Assembly (NCBI GenBank): GCA_964016885.1
Contig: OZ024750.1
Coordinates: 50,964,001-51,028,000, forward strand
Length of the DNA: 64,000 nt
Direction: 5' to 3'
Source: Eledone cirrhosa
Lineage: Eukaryota
Each line of letters begins with the position of its first letter. The stretch's first letter is position 1. The position numbers and the translations under genes were made by a program. The notes under the pieces were generated by a model, which had not been told where the DNA came from, made no database searches, and was given only the letters and a program-made list of their open reading frames with translations. Below, in pieces: positions 27,972 to 40,639 of the stretch.

Positions 27972-30900
27972 CCTTGAATCTCAGTCATTGATGTTGGTTA
28001 ACTGGAAAGTCCGTTGGATTGAATATCAAGCCACTACCTGCAGCCTCAGATATTCAGGACGTATCGGAGGGTTCTTGCCGTTCCAAGCAAGCATGCCTTT
28101 TGAAGCGTTCCAAAAAGCGTGAAGGGGCCGATTTTCTTTAACCATCCCTGGAAACCTTTGGAGATAGTCCCTGGTGCGCCTATGACAATCGGGATTACTT
28201 TGACTTCATGGCAGTTCCAAATCCTTTTCACCTCCCATTTTAAGTCCTGGTATCGGTTAATTTTCTCCCTCTCCTTCTCTTGCACTCTCGTGTCGAATGA
28301 GCAGGTCACATACACAATCAGGCACGATCTTTTTTCTTTGTCCACAACCACCATGTCAGGTCTATTGTGTTCCAGTTTCTTGTCCGTCTGTATCCTAAAA
28401 TCCCACAGCACCTTCACCTGATCGTTTTCTATCACCGACTCTGGCTTATGCTCATACCACTTCTCAGAATATGGTAAATTGTTCACTTTGCATAGGTGCC
28501 AGTGGATCACGCTGCCCATCACATCATGTCTCCAGCTATTATAGTGAGTCTGGGCTAGGTGTTTACAGTCGGATACAATGTGAGCCACAGTCTCCTCTCT
28601 CTCTCCACAGTTCCTGCACAGTGGGCTAGCCTCCTCCTTGTAAATATGGTGTTTCAACCACTTCGTTTTGAGGGCCTGCTCCTGCGCAGCCATTAACATT
28701 CCTTCTGTAGCCTTTTTAAGGTCTCCTCTTTTCAACCAGTTCCATGTCTGTGGATCTCTAAATTCAGTTTTCTCAAAGAAGGTACTATGAAGGGATTTTA
28801 CCTGAAGGCTGCTCTTTCTCCGTGATGTTATTTCCTCCTTGGACATCCCCTGGTCTATTGTCCCATCCTTCAGTACAGTTCTGAGCATTGGCTCCTTACT
28901 ATCAGTCACGTATTTGTGTAGGTTGTTTTTCTCCATCTGAACACAGTCCTCTATGCTGATAAGACCTCTTCCACCTTCAGATCTCTTTAAGTAGAGTCTA
29001 TCGACATCACTCCTCTTGAGGTACATGTTATAGATAGTCAATAGCTTCCTAGTCTTCCTATCCATTTCTTTTTGTTCAGCAACATTCCATCTCAGAATTC
29101 CCGCACTGTACCTAATAATAGACACAGCTCGGGAATTTACTGCAATTATGGCATTCCTACTGTTCAGAATGTATTCAGTTCTTATCAATTCCTTCATTTT
29201 TTTGTTCTTGATATCATCAGCCTCCAGAACACCCAAATACTTGGATCCTTCTTCAGAGTCAATTTCCTTTATCATCTCACCTGTTGGTACCTGGATTCCG
29301 TTACTTCTGCTCAATTTACCCCTCTTCATCACAATGACTCCACACTTACTAATACCAAATTGCATACATATATCATTGCTGAACATACGGACAGTGTCAG
29401 CAAGCACATCCAACTCCTTCTCACTCTTCCCGAAGAGCTTAAGATCGTCCATGAAGAGGAGGTGATTGATGGTAAGCCCTCCCTTTCCCAACCTGTATCC
29501 TGCTCTTACCTTTCGCAGTACACTCGTCAGGGGCATCAAGGCAAGGACAAACAACAGAGGGGACAGACTATCTCGCTGGAAGATACCTCTCTTGATCTTC
29601 ACGCTACCCAAGGATTCTCCAGTTGATGTTAACTCTGTTTCCCAGGACTTCATACTTTTGCCCAACAACTGTCTGATGTTATCTGCCACCTTGAAGATCT
29701 CCAGGCTTTTGGTGATCCAAGAATCAGGCACCATGTCAAATGCCTTTTTATAGTCTATCCATCCCATGGCAAGACCAATGTGTCTCCTCTTGCAATTCCT
29801 CATTACCATCTTATCAATAAGTAACTGGTCCTTTGTACCACGTGACTTCTTTCGGCATCCTTTCTGTTCGTCCGGTAACAAGTTGTTTGTGTGGAGGTGA
29901 TGGTAGATTTCCTCAGACATAATGCTTGTCAACAGTTTCCACATTACGGACAGACATGTGATAGGTCTATAGTTGGTAACATCATTACCTTTGATTCGGT
30001 CTTTCATTATCAGAACTGTGGTACCTTTTGTCAACCACTCTGGTACCTCACCTGACATCAAGCAGTCATTGAACATGGTTGTCAGTTTCGGGTGGAGGGA
30101 TGTTATATTTTTAATCCAATACCCCTGCACACCATCTGGGCCTGGTGATTTCCAGTTGGTTAGCTTTTTGGCCTGTCCCTTAAGAGTTTCAACTGTGATA
30201 CTCAAATCAGTTTGTTGGTGTGCCTGTTCACTAATCTCCTTCTGTACTGTCTCAATCCACACTGCCTAGTCATTTAGTTTAACATCCTGCTCCCATATTC
30301 CTCTCCAGAATGCTTTAGTTTGTTCCGCCTCAGGGATCAAGTCGTTGCATCTTTCTTTCCCTTCAAGCTGTCCAAACAGCATCTTCTGGTTGTTGTCGAA
30401 CATGCGGTTCTGTCTATACTGACTCTGTTCTCGTATCGCCTGATTTTTGCACTATTCGCTACAATCCGTTGCTTCAGTTCCTCTATGATAATATTTAGCT
30501 TTTTCCTCCTAGTTTTGTACTTTATTTCCAGTCTATTTTTAGTGTCTATGTTTTTTAGTGTCCCATTCAGTAGGGACTCAAGCTTTCCAATGTCATTTCT
30601 CATTTTCCTCATTTGACCACTCAGTCATTTCTTCCACCAAGGCTCTGATCTTTCTTGTCTGTTGTTTCCTCTCGTTTTATACCAAGTAGTTTCCTCACCG
30701 TATTTTCTGTTGCTTTGAGGATATTGTTGCACTGGTGAAGGCTCCTCACCTCAAGGTATGGGATGACTTTGTTTACGTTAGCTGTTATTTCTTTTAACTT
30801 TTTCCTGTCTACAAATCTTAGGTTCATAGGTTTCCCACTATCATTGTTCAATTCATCAATCACTAAGTTTAGGATATCAACCAAATCTTGTCCTAGCTCG

Positions 30901-31639
30901 CATCAGCATTCATCTCCTCAGTGGCCGTATCTCTGTTCCAGGTATTATTTATCTCAGCATTCAGATCATTGTCGGCTTCGGGTGGTCCCTCCGTTCTCTC
31001 GACCTCTTCACCTTCATTTCCCACTGGCTCGTTTGCCTGGCATACTCCACTCTCCATCTCCAAGTTAATCTCTCTGCTCAGTTCCTCCAGTTCCAGCTCG
31101 CTTATCCACCCATTACTTTTTATTACCCGAACCTGCCCGGCCAATTTTTGTTCATCTAATTTAAATAGACCAATCTCGTTCCAGATGTTATGCATCCGTT
31201 TCCTATAGCCTTTCTCTTTGGGATTACTCTTCAGGTAACATTGCATAACAGTTCTATTCAATTCTTTCGTCCAGTTGGTTCTGGTCCCTTTCCTTCTTCT
31301 TGTTCCTCCGACACCAGCAGTATTTGGTTGACAGCCAGGTCCCTGCTGCTGAGCCAGGGAGCACCTGTTGGGTGAGAGTCTGTCACATGTCATTCTAGTC
31401 TCCATTTCACCGTTATTCGAACTGTTTAGGTTCGACATTTAAACACTCTTATCGAGGATTGGCGAATGTATGGTTACATAACCACCGGTGATTTCATCAC
31501 CTCCGGTGATTTCGTCACTCCCGGTGATTTTTGTGTGGCATTATCACGCTGTAGACGAACACAAATAAACAAACAAACAAACAGGCAAAAAAACTCCAAA
31601 AATGAATAAGCATAAGTTTCATTGTAATGTAATGTTTGA

Positions 31640-31640
<1 letters not shown>
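27972..31640 (-). mobile_element. Full-length R4/Dong RLE retrotransposon inserted in (TAA)n; ORF broken by a few frameshifts
   Basis: N-terminal WTKELNRTVMQCYLKSNP...GYRKRMHNIW, RT (KSPGPDG, NYRPITCL, WIDYKKAFD, LFMDDLKL), CRNC..ETVAHIVSDC, RHD, and RPD..V..K...Y RLE. (ATT)n at 27927-27971 and 31640-31700. Confidence 0.93.
28046..30262 (-). CDS. RT-zinc finger-RLE portion of the Dong ORF (open 738 aa; upstream frameshifts make it probably non-functional)
   Basis: ORF track plus the motifs above. Confidence 0.8.
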   Translation of the reverse strand: MWIETVQKEISEQAHQQTDLSITVETLKGQAKKLTNWKSPGPDGVQGYWIKNITSLHPKLTTMFNDCLMSGEVPEWLTKGTTVLIMKDRIKGNDVTNYRPITCLSVMWKLLTSIMSEEIYHHLHTNNLLPDEQKGCRKKSRGTKDQLLIDKMVMRNCKRRHIGLAMGWIDYKKAFDMVPDSWITKSLEIFKVADNIRQLLGKSMKSWETELTSTGESLGSVKIKRGIFQRDSLSPLLFVLALMPLTSVLRKVRAGYRLGKGGLTINHLLFMDDLKLFGKSEKELDVLADTVRMFSNDICMQFGISKCGVIVMKRGKLSRSNGIQVPTGEMIKEIDSEEGSKYLGVLEADDIKNKKMKELIRTEYILNSRNAIIAVNSRAVSIIRYSAGILRWNVAEQKEMDRKTRKLLTIYNMYLKRSDVDRLYLKRSEGGRGLISIEDCVQMEKNNLHKYVTDSKEPMLRTVLKDGTIDQGMSKEEITSRRKSSLQVKSLHSTFFEKTEFRDPQTWNWLKRGDLKKATEGMLMAAQEQALKTKWLKHHIYKEEASPLCRNCGEREETVAHIVSDCKHLAQTHYNSWRHDVMGSVIHWHLCKVNNLPYSEKWYEHKPESVIENDQVKVLWDFRIQTDKKLEHNRPDMVVVDKEKRSCLIVYVTCSFDTRVQEKEREKINRYQDLKWEVKRIWNCHEVKVIPIVIGAPGTISKGFQGWLKKIGPFTLFGTLQKACLLGTARTLRYVLNI

Positions 31641-31686
<46 letters not shown>

Positions 31687-31980
31687 CATTATTTTTATTA
31701 TAATACAAGGACGATTTGTTAAGACTTCATTGCGTTTATTGATTGGTGACGTGCATTTCGCTATTGATCAGCTCAAGGTTCGATCTGTATCGATCTGGCC
31801 CGACTTTGGAATCAAAAGCACGTCGGACCTCTGTTGAAGTAATGACTACAAATGGCTTAACAAATCGCCCTTGTATTATTATCTTACACTCTGTCTAGCT
31901 CTACACCTCGTTACTCACGTGAACCTAAACGTCGCGTACTCCCCTGGGTGAACCTATAGTAACTTCACGTTACACTCCCT

Positions 31981-32043
<63 letters not shown>

Positions 32044-32446
32044 TACATATAAATATAGATGTATATAAGTATATGTATGTATATATGTGTGTATGCGTGC
32101 GTGTGCGTGTGTGTGTGGGTGTGTGTGCGTGTGTGTGTGCGTGTGTTTCTCACTTACTTCACTTACTTACTGTTTAAAAGAAAGTCTCCATCAAAAATGT
32201 CAGTAGAGGAATGAAATAATATTTTAGAAAATATTATCTTTACCGTTCTATGGTATCTGTTCCCAGTGACAAACATATCAGACCTCAATTGTTCACGTGA
32301 TACCTCGTGTTTAATACATTATATTATCGTCCATCACGTTCAATTAGAACGATTTGAGATCAATTTGCAAGTCACATGTCAAAATATAAGATTATTATAG
32401 AATTGCAGTAATTACAGTAATCCGAGTGTGCATATATATACATATG

Positions 32447-32528
<82 letters not shown>

Positions 32529-32629
32529 CCTTATCAAGCCCTCTTCGGATTTTAGTCTTCACACACCTATTATTATTACCATATATTATATATATATATT
32601 GAATGTAGAAAAGTAACACACGAGTTGAT

Positions 32630-32875
32630 ATATATATAAAAAACAAATAGTAGAAAGGAAAAGGATTCTTTCAGTAGAAAATGTTGATGAGATTTTTTCA
32701 GTGAGATATCAAAACATTGATTTATTTACAATGCCTGTTTCTGCATTAAATGCAATGCAGAAACCGGTATTGTAAATAAATTCATGTTTTAATATCTCAC
32801 TGAAAAAAAATCTCTTCAACATTTTCTACCTAAAGAATCTTTTTCCTTTCTACTATTTGTTTATATATATATATA
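32630..32875. repeat. Diverged ~115-bp-arm palindrome flanked by (TA)n
   Basis: AAACAAATAGTAGAAAGGAAAA ... CTGCATT/AATGCAG ... TTTTCCTTTCTACTATTTGTTT. Confidence 0.9.
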
Positions 32876-32980
32876 TACAAAAATCGGAATTAAGAGTATT
32901 CCGCAGTTCACTGTAATAATAATAATAATAGTATTATTAGCTCAAAGAAGAATAGAGAATTTCCTTCCGAGCTCAAATGC

Positions 32981-33316
32981 AAGTATATATTAGCCAAAGA
33001 GAAATGTGTTACACAGTGAGAAGTGTGTAAAGAATTATTACAAGGGATTTTCCCGTTACTGTATAGGGAACAGTATCTACAGGTTAGCAATTAAATAGAA
33101 AAAAAACAGATCAGAATCAAATCTCTGAATCAAATATAGTTATAAGGTTTGTGATTTAAAATTCAAATCCAGAGATTTGATTCTGATCTGGTTTTTTTCT
33201 ATTTAATTGCTAACCTGTAGATATTGTTCCCTATACAGTAACGGTAAAATCACTTGTAATAATTCTTTACACACTTCTCACTGTGTAACACATTTCTCTT
33301 TGTGTAATATATACTT
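32981..33316. repeat. ~150-bp-arm inverted repeat with ~40-nt loop, followed by (TA)n
   Basis: CAAAGAGAAATGTGTTACACAGTGAGAAG ... CTTCTCACTGTGTAACACATTTCTCTTTG. Confidence 0.92.
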
Positions 33317-33568
33317 ATATATATATATATATATATATATAAATTTAGAAGAGACAACGTGCTGTGTGGTTACTAAATAACGGGTGTTTCGAAATATAAG
33401 GAAATCACAAACAAAGGACAGATCTCCTCGTCAGTTGGTGGACGTATCGACGCATCAAAGACAATAAGTTTGGAACTTGGAGAAAGAAAAGACAAGGGGA
33501 CAATGACGAAGAGAATGAAAGTAAATAAAAAGTAAATAAAAAGAAGACAAAAACACAGAAAACAATAT

Positions 33569-33675
<107 letters not shown>

Positions 33676-34154
33676 GTAGAACACTGTATGGTTATATCCG
33701 TAGTGGTAGAGCACTCAGTCCATGGGACAGGTTTGGTAAAAGTAGTTCCACAACAGTTAGTTCACCATACCGAGAACAACTACTTCACCTTATTCGGATC
33801 ATCAGTTCGGTCTAAATTAAGTTGTACGTAAAAGGAAAACAACCGTACGGATACTCATATACAGAAAACAGTCACTCCCCCTGGGGAGTCTAAACCCACA
33901 ATAGATCGATGTGAGGGAGATAACTGTGGATGTCCGGAATAAAATTATTCGAGTTATTCAGAATATTATAGATTGTTCATGTCAACCTGGAGCTTTACTA
34001 GGGTGATAGAAAAGGGCGACCAGTGACGTTGCAACACATTTCTACAGGTCAGCGAATTAGAACTGAAAAAAAGATTATTGCACCTCTCCGGCGTGAAATC
34101 GAACTCATGACCTCATGATCGTAAACCCAACGCTATAATAATAACTAAGCCACG

Positions 34155-34214
<60 letters not shown>

Positions 34215-34570
34215 GTTAGAGAGATGTAGATAGGAGAGGAGATAAGCGAGGAGAGATTGGTGAATTAGTTAGAAGCCAAAGCGTAAATGCATGTACTCAA
34301 TGTGCGATATGCAATAGAAAGCAGCTAAGTGGCTGGGTTCATGCAGAAGCTAGGTGCGCAGAGCTGGAAATATTCATTAGTTAAGCAAAACAAGACCACA
34401 AATTTCACAAGGAAGACATTATTCAAAGATTGTCAACATATTTTAGTTTGATGTAATGAATGTAGAGAATAATAATAATAATATTAATAATAATAATGTC
34501 CGTTTACAGTTGTTTCGCTACTCCATATAATATTTCTGGATCAAATGGCTATATATCATTATCGATCTGG

Positions 34571-34710
34571 TTAGTTACGTCCCTTTACGACCTGAGTTCA
34601 AATCCCGCCGAGGTTGACTTTGCCTTTCATCATTACGGGGTCGATAAAATAAAGTACCAGTAATGGACTGGATAATTGCTGGCCTTGTGCCTAAAGTAGA
34701 AACAATTATT
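34571..34710 (+). mobile_element. SINE family 1, 5'-truncated
   Basis: B box, body and tail match. Confidence 0.85.
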
Positions 34711-35099
34711 GATCTGGTACAGTTGAAAATAATTAACATATTTAAAAACTGAGCGGCTCATCGGAATTTCATAGGAATATAAATTAAGATAAGGAGAGAA
34801 TGTTACATAATGTAATGTTCCATATATTGGTATTTCACTATGGTGTCCTGGGTGTATCAATTGTCAGCCATAATAAAGCAGTATTCATCTGTCGACGCTG
34901 CATTGCGTGAATCTGCCTATGGGTAATAAGATGGCCGACAATGGACATATTTACCTTACTAATTAGAGGGTGGTTTCAGGGGAAGTAACTCCTCGAGATA
35001 TTAGAAATTGTGGGTAGTTTATAGTTAAATGCTAATTTTTTGCTTTTTTAATTGAGAGACAATGTAGGGGAGGTAACTTATAATTATCTAAGTTGGTTA

Positions 35100-36540
35100 T
35101 AGCTATATAACTTATTAGCTACACGTAAAAATGGGACTAGATGACTATGTTGGGTCAAATATTCTGTTGGCGAAGGAATTAGCCCTTCGATGTTGACAGC
35201 TAATAGTTACCTCCATTCTATCGTTAATCGGTAGAGGTCGTGATAGAGTTATGTAATATGCTTCGGTAATACAGAGATTACAAGATTTTCTTCGTCCATT
35301 GAACAGTTGGGCCCTAGCTAAAATATCACATGTCAGTGAGTGTTCAATGTTGGTTAATTTAAGGTTTTTAATGAGCCTAGCTAGAGATGTCGAACATCTG
35401 TTGTTAGGGTCTGGGAAGGAAAAAGAGTGCGGGTTATATCGTACCTTAAAAGGGTTAGAGGTAGACCCGATATAGGAGCTGGTATTCGAAGCAGTTTTAA
35501 CCGTGCACCTATAGACTATTTTGGGTGTCAAGCAGTGTCCATTTAGTGGGCATGCATTAGGGTAACGGCAGTTGAAGTCTCTTCTGCGGTTATTGAGAGT
35601 AGGGTAGATTAACCTAAGTGGTTGGTCAGTGTTAGAAGGATTAGATGGAGGAGGTATGCTACTAGAGTAAGTATTGGTGTAGTGGCGTGGTGTATTTGAT
35701 AGGGGTGGTGGTACCGCGGTGTGGGAGTTATACTGTCTTAGTTTATGATGGTTACTGAATGCAATGTGGCTAACTAGGTTAGGTAGGGTGGAGAATTAGA
35801 TTTTAATGTTATTTTTATTAAAGAGTTTGTAATATCTATGGTTGGGGGTGGGAATGTTTAGATAGGATAGAGAAAAAGCGTTTATGGATATTAGTGGCTA
35901 GATTAGATGAGAATGGGGGTTAAGCCAGGTGATATTTCTAGGCCTATTCCTTCTAGGGGTTCTAGTGGAGTTGGTAGGGGCTTTCCTAGGATTATTATTA
36001 CCTGGGGATTTGTTATTTGTCATCCCATTTCTCATTCCTATTCTAGGGTTGATTTTTAGTTTGCTACTTGGAGTGGGGAGCAGGCCGTTGCCACCATTAA
36101 ATTTCCCTGTATAGGTGCTGTAACTGCTAATATTCCGGCGAATCTGGCTATATGCTAAGGTATCTCTAGTTCTAGCGTTACGTTTATTATAGTGAATTGC
36201 TGTGTTATGGCATTTGGGTATGTAGTAAATGGATTGTTCATAACCAGATTCAGAAAGAGCCTTACTATAATATTGTGCATGGTTTATAAATATCTCCTCA
36301 TTTACTGATAGCAATCAGCAAATGAGGAGATATTTATAAACCATGCACAATATTATAGTAAGGCTCTTTCTGAATCTGGTTATGAACAATCCATTTACTA
36401 CATACCCAAATGCCATAACACAGCAATTCACTATAATAAACGTAACGCTAGAACTAGAGATACCTTAGCATATAGCCAGATTCGCCGGAATATTAGCAGT
36501 TACAGCACCTATACATGGAACTTTAATGGTGGCAGCGGCC
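35100..36540 (-). mobile_element. 5'-truncated Penelope-like element (thumb/linker + GIY-YIG) with a fold-back duplication of its 5' end
   Basis: IVYRCTVKTASNTSSYIGSTSNPFKVRYNPH, CNLCITE and YYSKALSESGY; 36083-36308 is inverted at 36315-36540. Confidence 0.88.
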
Positions 36541-36778
36541 TTCTGAGGCAAGCCAATATGTAGTGGTTGTTCTTGTTATTGTTAGGTACATCTGACCTCT
36601 ATTATTATGTTGGTAGTGGTGTTGTTGTTGGAGTCAGGTCAAAAAAAGGATAAAGTGGTCGAAGGAATAAGATGGTAAAGGAACAAAATAAAATAAAATA
36701 ATCGAATAAAATGTGTGAGTGTTATACTCATCTCAATGTATTTTATTTTTTTTAATTTAATTTTATTTTATTTTATTT

Positions 36779-36812
<34 letters not shown>

Positions 36813-36817
36813 CGGGA

Positions 36818-36855
<38 letters not shown>

Positions 36856-37715
36856 AAGTGTTAAACAATATTCAATGAGTATGTCAAGGATTGTGTTTCA
36901 CATTAAATTGGAAGCACTCTACGGTTATATATCTATATACATAATCGTTATTTAAATATTTATAACAATAAATACTTCAGAAGCTTTACATACCTAATAT
37001 GTTGGTATCTTCGTTAAAGAATAATTAATGCATTTACACCCAGTTATATATAGGTGAATATTTAACCTTAACATGCCTCTATCTATTATTTTATTTATAT
37101 TCGTCGTTATTATTTACCTAAAATATACTGGCTCATTAATATATATATCTATATACATAATCGTTATTTAAATATTTTTAACAATAATTACTTCAAAAGC
37201 TTTACATTCCTAATATGTTGGTATCCTTGTTAAAATTTAAATTTAGGAAAATAATCAACAGTATAAAATTTCATTCTTGATGTGCCTGCTAAATCCTTTA
37301 AATGATACCCTCATAAAACTCAGAAACTTAGGAATGTTAATACACTTATAGAATTTATAAAACTAATATATAAATAACCAATAAGAGAAATCCCGAAATC
37401 TTGATTCTTCACCCTAAAATTATAAATTAAATATTTTCAAAATTAACCGTTTAACATTCGGGAAAAATCTCCTTCTGCATATTCACCCTTTATCTTTCCT
37501 TCTCTATAAATCCTTTTCCAGGGGCTATCACTGGCTGTTATGATTCATGCGATGTTTTCATAGATAAATTGTAGTATCATACATTTTAAAATCTCTATGT
37601 ATTACGTTTTCGCATTTTCTCGTAATTAGGGTATAAATGTAAAATTTTCTCCTAGGTTAATCACTACCTTGATTAAATCTTAACCATTTAACATCTCAGG
37701 GTATGTCATGTATCA

Positions 37716-37770
37716 TATTTTGTCTGATGAAGACGTACTGTTGTACATCCGAAATATGTATAATAAAATA
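37716..37770 (+). ncRNA. Minimal type I hammerhead motif
   Basis: TATTTTGT-CTGATGA-AGACGTAC-TGTT-GTACATCC-GAAA-TATGTA-TA-ATAAAATA. Confidence 0.7.
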
Positions 37771-37815
37771 TAATTGATCAAAAGAACATCTATTTTATTA
37801 ATATGTGTATTTCAT

Positions 37816-38605
37816 AAAAGGCAGAGTTAATAACTCATACTGATACCCTGTAATTCACAAGCTCAAAGTATAAATACTGAGCATTTTAATAATATATGTA
37901 GTATTAAACACAGTAAATCATGTCTCTAAAATTACGAGGGTTGAAATACCACATTTGTTTGAGAAATTTAATCAGAAGCAAACGGAATAAACATAAAATA
38001 AAATAAAATATATACAGACCACCTCAATAACTATTACATCTCCCGGACAGATTAGGGATTTAATCAGTTTCACCCTGAGAATTGTGTTTGTAACAGATAA
38101 TCCGTGGGCATCATCAGCGAGAGAATAGATTAAATGAAACAAACACCTATGACAAAGCCACATGAATGAATATGTCACCTCGTGTGCTAGAAGTCAAAAG
38201 TGGTGTGAGTGGATTGGCTAGAAACAATAGCCTAATACACTCAACTTATAAGCTCACCTAGTAGGGAGCCAAAATACAAATAAAAGGCAGAGTTAATAAC
38301 TCATACTGATACCCTGTAATTAACAAACTCAAAGTATAAATACTGAGCATTTCAATAATATATGTAGTAATAAACAGTAATTTGTGTCTAAAATTACGAG
38401 GGTTGAAATACCACATTTGTTTGAGAAATTTAATCGAAATAAATCCATAATTTGTCCGGGAGATGTAATAGTTATTGAGGCGGTCTGTATTTTATTTTAT
38501 TTTATGTATATTCCGCTTGCTTCTGATTGAATTTCACAAACAAATGTGGTATTTGAACCCTCGTAATTTTAGACACACGATTTACTGTGATTATTATTAC
38601 ATATA
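37816..38605. repeat. Direct repeat (37816-37973 / 38282-38435) plus inverted copy (~38440-38605)
   Basis: AAAAGGCAGAGTTAATAACTCATACTGATACCC occurs twice; the reverse complement of ~37905-38060 follows. Confidence 0.85.
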
Positions 38606-38702
38606 TTATATATATATATATATATATATGTCTAATGGTAACTAAGATGCTTCCATGGACGGTATGTCGGTTGAGCACTCTATGCTCCTACGGAGCAGAG
38701 TA

Positions 38703-38962
38703 TTATATAATGGAAAGCGAAAAATCAGTGATGCATCGGAACTCAATTTATTGTGTGTTACAATTGATTCCCCGCCGAACAGCTCGAGGTGCGATCCATG
38801 TGTGTGGTCCGAAATCAATAGACGTGTCCGAGGAACATGCGAGACTGGAGTCAGGTTGATCCACACATGGATCGCACCTCGAGCTGTTCGGCGGGGAAAC
38901 AATTGTAACACAATAAATTGAGTTCTGATGCATCACTGATTTTTCGTTTTCCATTCTATATA
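38703..38962. repeat. ~100-bp-arm inverted repeat ending in (TA)n
   Basis: CCCCGCCGAACAGCTCGAGGTGCGATCCATGTGTG / CACACATGGATCGCACCTCGAGCTGTTCGGCGGGG. Confidence 0.93.
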
Positions 38963-38990
38963 TATATATGTTAAGAGATATAAACACAAT

Positions 38991-39022
<32 letters not shown>

Positions 39023-39132
39023 ATATATATATATTGTTATACTTTGGGAGAGTCATGTTGCCAATAAGAAACACACGCACCAGTTGCTTTCACTTCAATT
39101 TATTATAAGAAATTTATAAATTATATTAAGAG

Positions 39133-39263
39133 ATATAAACACAGATATATACATATATGTGTTCAAATCATAAGGGACCTTAATCGCTAGGGTGAATAAG
39201 ATACTAGCTAGCGATTAAGGTCGCTTATGATTTGAACACATATATGTATGTATCTGTGTTTAT
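39133..39263. repeat. ~55-bp-arm inverted repeat
   Basis: GTGTTCAAATCATAAGGGACCTTAATCGCTAG / CTAGCGATTAAGGTCGCTTATGATTTGAACAC. Confidence 0.9.
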
Positions 39264-39309
39264 CTGTCTGTATTATATTAAATTATATTATATAATAATT
39301 ATATTATGA

Positions 39310-39497
39310 GGCGGTGGATTGGCAGTATCGGTAGAGAGTCGGACGCCATGCTTTCCAGCATAGTTACGTCCCTTTACGGTCTGTGTTCAAATCCCGCCGA
39401 GGTTCACTTTGCCTTTTATCCTTACGGGGTCGATAAAATAAAGTACCAGTAATGTACTGGATAATTGCTGGCCTTGTGCCAAAAGTAGGAACAATTA
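39310..39497 (+). mobile_element. SINE family 1, full length
   Basis: GGCGGTGGATTGGCAGTATCGGTAGAG ... GTTCAAATCCC ... GTAGGAACAATT. Confidence 0.9.
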
Positions 39498-39523
39498 CAT
39501 ATATATATGTGTGTGTGTGTGTA

Positions 39524-39611
<88 letters not shown>

Positions 39612-40639
39612 TGTAAATATATATGTGTGTTGCGTGTGTGTGTGTCAAAAGTAGAAAATATATATTCCAATCTCAAGTGAGAGTAGGGGTAGATATATAT
39701 GATTAAACACACGAAGAGGAACATTCCTTTTAATCTAACAAGAAGAATTTGCACAAGTGTCTCCAATTATGTAACGCTGAATAAAATAGTCCAAGAATTA
39801 AAGGAAATTCACACACACACACACACACAAACACACACAAACACACAAACATAACATTCTTCTCTATATTCGAAAATATAGACTAGAGTCAAATAGACTT
39901 TAATATACGTTCATATCTTAACACCTTAACATATTAGCCATACCCCCCCCCCCCCCCCACACACACATAACATCCTTCACTATTTCTACTAATGGAATCA
40001 GGTTTATTACTATCATTAAGATGATAAATCGCCTTGTACACACACGCGCTTACAAATAAAAATATATTTTTCTTTCTATTCTGCTCCCACCATCGCCAAC
40101 GCCATCACTTTCGACACAAACATTCATTCTACTTCAGCAGGGAGTCTGAATTTTGACACCTCAGCACCACATCAGCTATCTCTGACCAGTCCCTTTTTTA
40201 GCTCAAAACTTTCTATGCCGAATCACATGAACCTAACCAGTCATTTTGGCGCTTATATTACTATGTCTACCATATGACTGCCACCAACAAATAAAATGCC
40301 AAATACAATTTTGAGCTCCTTCTTTTGGCGCGAAATTTATTGTACCTAATCACCTGATAGTCATCACATTACATTTAAAATAAATAACAATCTGAGCCTT
40401 GATTTTCGTATAAAACAGAAAGAACTTTCGAACAAGAACTAGATGCGAGACATGCAACAACAGAAACACAAACCATCCAATGTTAATTTTACTTTTTAAA
40501 ATCATAAGAACTGTGAAACCGGTAAAGTAAATAAATATTCTTAAAAGACTCCAGTTGCATTTTTAATTTCGTTTCCTTATAACTTTACAAGGGTGAGGCA
40601 TCTTTTAAAAAATCCACCTCTTCTTAATCAAAAGAAGGA

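Noticed and set aside
38055-38122. Minus-strand CTGATGA...GAAAC as a hammerhead
   Set aside because: Stem II is plausible (GCCC/GGGT) but no stem I partner follows the putative cleavage site.
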